Assembly: GCA_963662985.1 (NCBI GenBank)
Contig: OY760067.1
Location: forward strand, 1,502,100-1,566,099
From: Anaerolineales bacterium
GTDB lineage: Bacteria > Chloroflexota > Anaerolineae > Anaerolineales > UBA11579
Reading direction: 5' to 3'
Length of the DNA: 64,000 nt
This document shows, in pieces, positions 18,955-26,134 of the stretch. Within the stretch, counting starts at the first letter, position 1, and every line of letters begins with the position of its first letter. The notes under the pieces are model-generated. The model did not search any database. It saw only the letters and a list, made by a program, of their open reading frames with translations, and was not told where the DNA came from. The translations under genes were made by a program, and so were the position numbers.

Positions 18955-21288
18955 TTACTCTTCTAGCACCTTAACATACTTATTCTTATCTTTGAACCAT
19001 TCAATTATGATATTTGTCCCTTCATATAATTCAGATTCAATATCAAAACTAGCATTGATCAATTTAGCTCTTTCATACATCCCAGCAATTCCAAAATGTC
19101 TTTTTTGGATTAATTGATTGATCGTTACAGCATCAATTGAAGAAAAGTCAATATCAAGGTCCATACCTTTTCCATCATCAGAGATTTCAATCAATATATA
19201 ATCTTCTTCCAAACGACCATATAATGTTATTTCATCTGCTTCAGAATGTGCTAAAGCATTATTGATACCTTGTTGGATCATTCGATAAAGATTCAATTTC
19301 AATTTCTCATCATATCGAAAATCATTTTTTGATTCATAAAAAATATTATTATGAACTTGAATCTTTTTTGTTTGATTGATTTGGAAACAATAGTCTTCGA
19401 TTGAATTATACAAAGGATATTCTTGCATTGGTGGGCGCAGACCTGAAATAGTGTTCCGAATTGAATTTGTAATTGTTTCAAAAAACTCACTCGTTTTCTC
19501 ATCCAATGTATATTGCTCTTCGACATGTTCTTTGAGCAAAGCAAATTCATTCAAGACTGTATCATGTAACTCTCTTAGGATATATGATTCTTGAGCATCT
19601 TCTCGATTAACGCGAATTTGATACATTGATTGAATATGTTGTGTTTGATAAATACTAGAAATCTTCATTGCAATTTGAATGGAGATAACATCAAGTGTTT
19701 CTATCAAATCATAACTAAAAACATCATCTGGAGAATGTTCGCCAATCAACCACCATCCATAAAATGAATCAGAAGTCTTAATAGGAAGGATTAATCGAAT
19801 CCACCCATATTTTGAATTTGATATAAATACATCTTCTAATGGTTGTTTAACTTGTAATTCAGTTAATTTTTCTCGACTAGGAATGAAATTTTCTTGATTA
19901 ATATTAATTTCTTGATAATCATCTTTGAAATCTGATATTAACACAATAATGGATTGATCAATTAAAAGGTCTGTTGTGAGATTTTTTTGAATTAATTGTT
20001 TTAATTCATCAATTGATTCTTGTTGTGATATTTGTTCTGAATATAAATTGATTACATTATCTATGGGGTAAATAGTACCTAAGAATTTTGCACTAACCCA
20101 TTTAACAAATGGAATGTAATTAAATGTAGAAGCTATTGAAATGAGTAATATCAAGAACAACAAAATGATAATCAAAATTGGACTGAATTCAAAAAATATT
20201 AAAAGAACGCTCAATGTTATCGCAATAAAAATTAAGAGGATAGAAAAATACATATAACTTGCAATTAATGGATTTTTTCTTAATTTATATTTTCCAACTT
20301 CTCTTTTGAATAAAATATTTAAGTAAGCTAAAGGAAGCATTGGCAAGAGCACAAGTGATAACCCAAAATCCGGGAAATTTTCAAAACTAAAAATAAGACT
20401 GATAAATAATTGTGGAATAAGAATGATTGACCATGTCAAAATGATAAATAGAATGTCATTGCGATTTTTCTTATTTTTGAAAAATTTATAAACTAATATT
20501 CCTAAAGATCCTAAAATAGCGATAAACAAACCAAAAGAATATAAAAATGAGCCAATCAATTTAAATATTTGCAAACCACTCAATACGATAAAAGGCAAAA
20601 ATAAGCCAATAATGATTCTTTTATCAATTTTGGGCTTATGAATACCTATCAATGAATGTAGTAATAAATAACATGGAATAGATAACCAAAAAGCGACGCG
20701 GAAAACGATTCCTGCAGAGTACATTCGATAAATAGCCATTCCACCTGTCGTTAACCAAATGGATGTTAAATAAGAAGTTGCGATTAAAACTTTCCATTCA
20801 ATGTTTCTAGGGCGGATTACAAAAAATGCAAATGTGCCAATTATCCAAAATAAGATTCCAACAAGATACATATTGGGAAATCTGTTTTTGAATTCTTCAA
20901 AAATAAAAGATTGATTTTTGATCTTAAAATTGAGAGTTTCGTCACCCCTTTGGATTTCAAAGTCTACTTGAGCACCTTTAGGTTGATTTGAAAATATTTC
21001 ACCATATGGATCATTTAAAAAATCTTCATATGCAATCGAATTAATGGATATGACTTGATCACCGATTTTAATTGGAATCTTATCAGAATAGATTTTAGTA
21101 ACAACGCCTTTATTTTCTAAGTGAAATCCATAATATGCTGAGAAGAATAACAAAGTTATAGAGTAAGTTAGAACAATTAAAAGGATGGCAAAAGGAAGTA
21201 ATAGATTAATTTTGTTTATTATTTTTTTCAATTTGGTCACCTGTTTTCTTTTAATTGTATCAAATTTTATAGAAAGGAGAATAATCAT
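18955..21288 (-). CDS. Polytopic sensor histidine kinase, HisKA_3/HATPase_c type (ComP-like); start uncertain
   Basis: The N-terminal ~430 aa contains many hydrophobic helices. The C-terminus has RELHDTVLNEF (H-box), NALAHSEADEI, DDGKGMD and HFGIAGMYERA. The track ORF reaches 21417 only by reading through a palindrome. I use Met44 (21288); GTG at 21240 is an alternative. Confidence 0.8.
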   Translation of the reverse strand: MIILLSIKFDTIKRKQVTKLKKIINKINLLLPFAILLIVLTYSITLLFFSAYYGFHLENKGVVTKIYSDKIPIKIGDQVISINSIAYEDFLNDPYGEIFSNQPKGAQVDFEIQRGDETLNFKIKNQSFIFEEFKNRFPNMYLVGILFWIIGTFAFFVIRPRNIEWKVLIATSYLTSIWLTTGGMAIYRMYSAGIVFRVAFWLSIPCYLLLHSLIGIHKPKIDKRIIIGLFLPFIVLSGLQIFKLIGSFLYSFGLFIAILGSLGILVYKFFKNKKNRNDILFIILTWSIILIPQLFISLIFSFENFPDFGLSLVLLPMLPLAYLNILFKREVGKYKLRKNPLIASYMYFSILLIFIAITLSVLLIFFEFSPILIIILLFLILLISIASTFNYIPFVKWVSAKFLGTIYPIDNVINLYSEQISQQESIDELKQLIQKNLTTDLLIDQSIIVLISDFKDDYQEININQENFIPSREKLTELQVKQPLEDVFISNSKYGWIRLILPIKTSDSFYGWWLIGEHSPDDVFSYDLIETLDVISIQIAMKISSIYQTQHIQSMYQIRVNREDAQESYILRELHDTVLNEFALLKEHVEEQYTLDEKTSEFFETITNSIRNTISGLRPPMQEYPLYNSIEDYCFQINQTKKIQVHNNIFYESKNDFRYDEKLKLNLYRMIQQGINNALAHSEADEITLYGRLEEDYILIEISDDGKGMDLDIDFSSIDAVTINQLIQKRHFGIAGMYERAKLINASFDIESELYEGTNIIIEWFKDKNKYVKVLEE

Positions 21289-21379
21289 GGAAACAATTCG
21301 TTTTATTGAAGAATTAAGCAATATTGAAGTCGAAGAAGCTCGCAATGAAACAGAAAACGGTTGGTTTGATTGGGCATAG
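21287..21379 (+). CDS. 30-codon ORF, candidate ComX-like pheromone precursor (METIRFIEELSNIEVEEARNETENGWFDWA)
   Basis: Strong SD AAAGGAG (21273-21279) 7 nt before the ATG. It has an acidic leader and a Trp-containing C-terminus. A stem-loop follows, and the polyprenyl-synthetase-fold gene lies 70 nt downstream. Confidence 0.45.
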   Translation: METIRFIEELSNIEVEEARNETENGWFDWA

Positions 21380-21396
21380 TCCTGATTAAAGCTACA

Positions 21397-21427
21397 AAAA
21401 GCTAGCTTGATTTTCAAGCTAGCTTTT
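21397..21427. promoter_or_regulatory. Perfect 14-bp inverted repeat (terminator/attenuator or operator)
   Basis: AAAAGCTAGCTTGA (21397-21410), loop ttt, TCAAGCTAGCTTTT (21414-21427). It lies between the small ORF and the ComQ-like gene. Confidence 0.6.
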
Positions 21428-21448
21428 CATACTTCGGAAAGGATAAAA

Positions 21449-22414
21449 ATGATAGAAAAAAAAGCGACTGAAATTGCATTAAATTATCTACTTCATGAAG
21501 ATTTTCCTCAATTAATTAAATGGTTTACGGTAAATCGCGTTGATATGATAAAAGCTGGTTGTCTTGCAGTGGGAGGTGAAATTTCAAATCTTTCTGAAGC
21601 AATTGCAGCAGTATGTTGTATTCATATGGGAATCAAAATAATTGACGATCTAATTGATGAAGATCAAAGAGGAATTCAAGCTGAAGTCGGTGTAGGTCAG
21701 GCCGCTAATGCAGCGTACATATATCAAGCAACGGGGATAAAAATTATTTTAGAATCAAATTATCCATATGATCAAAAAATGAAAGTAATTGATTATTTGA
21801 TTCATTTTTCAAAAATAACATCAATCGGTCAATATTATGATGCAACACAAATATCAACAATAAATAATTTCTATCATGCACTCGAATTAAAAAGTGGTCC
21901 TCTTTTTGGGGATTGTATGAGAATAGGCGCTGTCGTATCCAATGCGACAGAAGAAGAAACACAAACTCTTTATCAATTAGGAGTAATTTACGGATATCTC
22001 ATACAATTGAATGATGATTTATCAGATACATTTGCAACCCCAGCATCAAATGATTGGTTACCAAACAGAACAAACCTTCCTTTATTATATGCAAGTAATT
22101 TACCACATGAAAAACAAATACGATTTAATCAGATAAGAAACCAAGTATTTGATTCAGAAACAATGTTGGCAGAAGCGCAACAAATATTAATTTCTAGTGG
22201 TGCTTATTTTAAAGTAATTGAAGATATTATATGGCAATCATATTTATTTCATGATCTTTTAGAAAAATCTTCCTTAAACAATAAACAACCCCTTGAAGAG
22301 TTGTTAATTGAACTAATGGATCCTGTTATTAAAAAAATTAATAAGCTAAAGCTAACTTTTGACTATCAAGAATTAGAGAGTTGGGTTATCAATCGGCGGA
22401 GGCAAAATGCCTAA
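21449..22414 (+). CDS. Polyprenyl-synthetase-fold protein (ComQ-like)
   Basis: Both Asp-rich motifs are present: KIIDDLIDEDQRG and YLIQLNDDLSD. I cannot find the N-terminal GGKRxR motif typical of chain-elongating synthases. I chose the start at MIEKK, which has the SD GGAAAGGA. Confidence 0.8.
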   Translation: MIEKKATEIALNYLLHEDFPQLIKWFTVNRVDMIKAGCLAVGGEISNLSEAIAAVCCIHMGIKIIDDLIDEDQRGIQAEVGVGQAANAAYIYQATGIKIILESNYPYDQKMKVIDYLIHFSKITSIGQYYDATQISTINNFYHALELKSGPLFGDCMRIGAVVSNATEEETQTLYQLGVIYGYLIQLNDDLSDTFATPASNDWLPNRTNLPLLYASNLPHEKQIRFNQIRNQVFDSETMLAEAQQILISSGAYFKVIEDIIWQSYLFHDLLEKSSLNNKQPLEELLIELMDPVIKKINKLKLTFDYQELESWVINRRRQNA

Positions 22415-23062
22415 TTGCTGTGCTTTCGCCACAGCTGCTGAACGATTGCTAACGTCTAACCTTGCATATGCTCTTGAAAAAGTATTACGGACGGTTGAAG
22501 GAGCCATATTTAAAATTCCAGCAATCTCTTCCATTTTATATTCTGGGTGAGCAGCTGCCAAACTAAGCACATTCATCATTTTTCCAGAAAGATCAGGTGT
22601 TTTTTTTCGAACATTTTCTGGGTTAATTAATTCATATGTTTCTTGTGAGAAAAAGACACCACCAGTTGAAATAGCAGTCACAATATTATTTAAGTTGTGG
22701 ATATTCTCTGAATCATCCTTTACGATATATCCTGAAGCGCCAGCTTTCATTAAGCTCTTAATCATAGATGGCTGGCTATACATTGAGACAACTAAAATTA
22801 ACACTTTTGGAAAATCTCGTTTAATATCTTCAATATATTTAATGATAGGATATCTATTATTATTTGTTTTGCTAACAGGCACACCTATATCTAAAATCAA
22901 AACATTTATATCATTTGACTTTAACATAGGCATTAACTCTTCAGCATATTGTACAGAAGCAACTACTGATATATTATTGTCTTGTTCTAATCTATATCGA
23001 TACCCATCAGAAATTATTATATGGTCATCTAGAATGCCTACATTAATCATTTTTTTCATCAC
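22373..23062 (-). CDS. NarL/LuxR-family response regulator (ComA-like)
   Basis: 229 aa. REC domain (VGILDDH..., NVLILDIGVP) plus a C-terminal LuxR HTH (KMEEIAGILNMAPSTVRNTFSRAYARLDV). Confidence 0.9.
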   Translation of the reverse strand: MMKKMINVGILDDHIIISDGYRYRLEQDNNISVVASVQYAEELMPMLKSNDINVLILDIGVPVSKTNNNRYPIIKYIEDIKRDFPKVLILVVSMYSQPSMIKSLMKAGASGYIVKDDSENIHNLNNIVTAISTGGVFFSQETYELINPENVRKKTPDLSGKMMNVLSLAAAHPEYKMEEIAGILNMAPSTVRNTFSRAYARLDVSNRSAAVAKAQQLGILPPPIDNPTL

Positions 23063-23278
23063 CTAATCCCCAAAATAATTTATATATATAATGAATATAC
23101 AATAACATTGAAAGAGATTTCAATCAATATATACTAATCAAACAAAGTACAAATGTTTAATTGAAGATTAACGAATGTTTGAATAATTAAAAGCTGCAAA
23201 TTGACACTTTGATAGTGAAATAATTTAGTGTATAATGTGGAAGCGGTTCCAGATAAATAAAAATATTAAGGATAATGA

Positions 23279-25441
23279 ATGAGTAAACAATCTTTTAAAA
23301 TAGAAATTCCAAATCATTTTGATTTACCCAAACAATTAAAACGTTTAGGTGAACTTGCTTATAATCTTTGGTGGACATGGGAAAAAGACTGCCAAAGAAT
23401 GTATCGAGATATAGATTTTGATTTATGGGAAAAAACATATCATAATCCGGTGAAATTCTTAAGACAAGTTGAACGAAGTAGAATTAATGAAATGCAAAAC
23501 GATTTGCATTTTATGAAGAAATATAATGATGTGATTGAAGAATTTGATAAATATGTCCAATCAGAGAATACTTGGTTTGACACAACTTATCCAAAAAAGA
23601 AAAAAGAATTAGTTGCTTATCTTTCTTCCGAATTTGGGATGCATGAAACTCTCCCAATCTATGCAGGAGGGTTAGGTATCTTATCAGGGGATCATATCAA
23701 AGAAGCAAGTGATCTTGGCATTCCGATGGTTGGAGTGGGATTCTTATACACGAACGGTTATTTCTCACAAAAAATCACTGAAGATGGTTGGCAAGAAGCT
23801 CGTTATATGAATTTAAAATTTGAAGAACTTCCTGTTTCTCCTGTTATAGATGAAAATGGAGCACCACTAACTGTAAAAGTAGATCTTCCCGGTAGAGAAA
23901 TTTTAGTCCGAGTTTGGAATATTCAAGTTGGACGTGTTCCTCTTTATTTATTGGATAGCAATGTGGATGGTAACTCAGATGCAGATCGACAATTAACTGC
24001 TCGATTATATAGTTCTGATTTAGACCTTAAGATCACACAAGAAGTCATTCTTGGCATTGGAGGAGTTCGAACACTTCGAAAATTAGGTTATGAACCCACT
24101 GCATGGCATATGAATGAAGGTCATTCAGCTTTTAGTTCCCTAGAAAGAGCGCGTGAATTGGTAGTAAAGGGAAAGACTTTTGATGAAGCTGCTGATATTA
24201 TTCGTAAAAATACAGTGTTTACAACACATACACCAGTTCCTGCAGGAAATGAACAATTCCCACTATGGTTAATGGACAAATATTTTTCCCACCTTTGGAC
24301 ACAACTAGGTTTAGATAGAGATCAATTTATGGACATTGCTCGCATGCAGCAACCTTGGGGTGAGACCTTCTCAATGCCTGTCTTAGCGATTCGTATGTCA
24401 GCATTTAGAAACGGTGTTTCTGAATTACATGGACAAGTAGCTCGAAAAATGTGGCAATTCTTGTTTGAAGATACCAAAGTTGAAGACGTTCCGATATCTT
24501 ATGTAACTAACGGAATTCACACAGGGACTTGGATGGCTCGTCGTTTACGAAATTTATTCTCTGAATACTTTGACCCGAATTGGAGAGAGAATATCGATGA
24601 CCCACAAGTTTGGGAAAAAATCAAAGATGTGCCAGATGAAGAACTCTGGGAAGTTCGTCGTCACTTAAAGAGAAAATTGATGATGTATCTTCGTGATCGT
24701 TCTCGAGCACAATGGTTACATGATGGGATTCACCCCGTTCAAGTTGTAGCAGGTGGTGCTTTATTAGATCCATATGCATTAACAATTGGGTTTGCTCGTA
24801 GATTTGCAACATACAAACGTGCGAATTTAATTTTCCGTGATGTTGACCGAATTTTACACTTAATCAACGATCATAACCGACCAGTACAAATTATATTTGC
24901 TGGTAAGGCTCATCCAGCAGATGAACCTGGAAAATTATTAATTCAAGAGATTTATCGAATTGTTAAAAAAGCAGAATGTGGTGGTCGTCTAGTATTTGTG
25001 GAAGATTATGACATGAATATTGCCAGATATTTAGTACAAGGTGTTGATGTTTGGCTAAACACTCCCCGCCGCCCAATGGAAGCCTCAGGAACCTCAGGTG
25101 AAAAAGCAGCCTTAAATGGTGTCCTAAACTTTTCAGTGCTTGATGGTTGGTGGCGAGAAGGCTATAATGGCAAAAATGGTTGGAGCATAGGATCAGAGAA
25201 AGAATATGCTGATACAAATGCACAAGATGAAGCTGATGCTAACAGTCTATATGAAACCCTTGAAAATGAAATCATTCCCATGTATTATGAAAACAGAACC
25301 CCAGATGGAGTTCCGTTGGATTGGATGGAATATATGAAAGAAACTATTCGAACTTGTGGCCCCAATTTCTCCATGAGAAGAATGGTTAAAGAATATACAA
25401 CAGAACTTTATATCCCTTCGATTGAAAATGGAAAAAAATAA
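23279..25441 (+). CDS. glgP: Alpha-glucan phosphorylase (GT35, short maltodextrin/glycogen phosphorylase type)
   Basis: 720 aa. YLSSEFGMHETLPIYAGGLGILSGDHIKEASDLG and the PLP-site region RRPMEASGTSGEKAALNG. Confidence 0.9.
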   Translation: MSKQSFKIEIPNHFDLPKQLKRLGELAYNLWWTWEKDCQRMYRDIDFDLWEKTYHNPVKFLRQVERSRINEMQNDLHFMKKYNDVIEEFDKYVQSENTWFDTTYPKKKKELVAYLSSEFGMHETLPIYAGGLGILSGDHIKEASDLGIPMVGVGFLYTNGYFSQKITEDGWQEARYMNLKFEELPVSPVIDENGAPLTVKVDLPGREILVRVWNIQVGRVPLYLLDSNVDGNSDADRQLTARLYSSDLDLKITQEVILGIGGVRTLRKLGYEPTAWHMNEGHSAFSSLERARELVVKGKTFDEAADIIRKNTVFTTHTPVPAGNEQFPLWLMDKYFSHLWTQLGLDRDQFMDIARMQQPWGETFSMPVLAIRMSAFRNGVSELHGQVARKMWQFLFEDTKVEDVPISYVTNGIHTGTWMARRLRNLFSEYFDPNWRENIDDPQVWEKIKDVPDEELWEVRRHLKRKLMMYLRDRSRAQWLHDGIHPVQVVAGGALLDPYALTIGFARRFATYKRANLIFRDVDRILHLINDHNRPVQIIFAGKAHPADEPGKLLIQEIYRIVKKAECGGRLVFVEDYDMNIARYLVQGVDVWLNTPRRPMEASGTSGEKAALNGVLNFSVLDGWWREGYNGKNGWSIGSEKEYADTNAQDEADANSLYETLENEIIPMYYENRTPDGVPLDWMEYMKETIRTCGPNFSMRRMVKEYTTELYIPSIENGKK

Positions 25442-25458
25442 ATAATCAATAGGATTTT

Positions 25459-25989
25459 ATGACAATGACATTTACAAAAGAAGCCTGGCTAGCAGCTGGG
25501 CTTATTTTTTCACTAAGACTATTAAATACAGCAGTTGCAACATTTCGTATGATGATGACAGCTCGTGGAAGAAGCAACTTAAGTGTAGTATTATCTTTCT
25601 TTGAAGCTATTCTTTATGTTTTCACCCTAACATTTGTTGTTTCAGACCTAAATAATTGGCTTAGTATAACAGCCTATGCTTTAGGATATGCCTTAGGAAA
25701 TTTCACAGGGCAATGGATTGATCGAAAACTAGCAATCGGTCATATGCTATTGCAAGTTATTACATCTACCCATAGTATTTCACTCACAAAAGCATTACGT
25801 GATGCAGGTTTTGCAGTAACAGAAATTGATGCTAGAGGAAAAGATGGTGCAGTAACTGTTTTAAAGGTTGGAGTTATGCGGAAAAATCAAGAAAAAGTGA
25901 GAGAAATAGTCACTTCAATAGATCCTTCTGCCTTTGTGACTGCAGAATCAATGACACCAATGTCCAGAGGATTTTGGGGAAATCCTTAA
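25459..25989 (+). CDS. UPF0316 family membrane protein (DUF2179 C-terminal domain)
   Basis: 176 aa. Three N-terminal TM helices followed by a small soluble domain (AVTEIDARGKDGAVTVLKV). Confidence 0.7.
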   Translation: MTMTFTKEAWLAAGLIFSLRLLNTAVATFRMMMTARGRSNLSVVLSFFEAILYVFTLTFVVSDLNNWLSITAYALGYALGNFTGQWIDRKLAIGHMLLQVITSTHSISLTKALRDAGFAVTEIDARGKDGAVTVLKVGVMRKNQEKVREIVTSIDPSAFVTAESMTPMSRGFWGNP

Positions 25990-26008
25990 ACAGATTTTTT
26001 AGATATAA

Positions 26009-26036
26009 GTGAAGGAAAATAATTCCTTCACTTTTT
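26009..26036 (+). terminator. Intrinsic terminator
   Basis: GTGAAGGAA-aataa-TTCCTTCAC followed by TTTTT. Confidence 0.8.
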
Positions 26037-26134
26037 AATTACCCAACATTCTTCTCATAAATTTTTCTATCACGATGTAAATAAAAAACATGTATAATTG
26101 TTAAATAGGAAAAAGTTGAAAAGTGAGAGAGACT

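Noticed and set aside
21289-21448. N-terminal extensions of the kinase (to 21417) and of the ComQ-like gene (from 21407).
   Set aside because: Both extensions read through the 14-bp palindrome and give mirrored peptides (MKIKLAF and MIFKLAF). Internal starts, one with a good SD, are more plausible.
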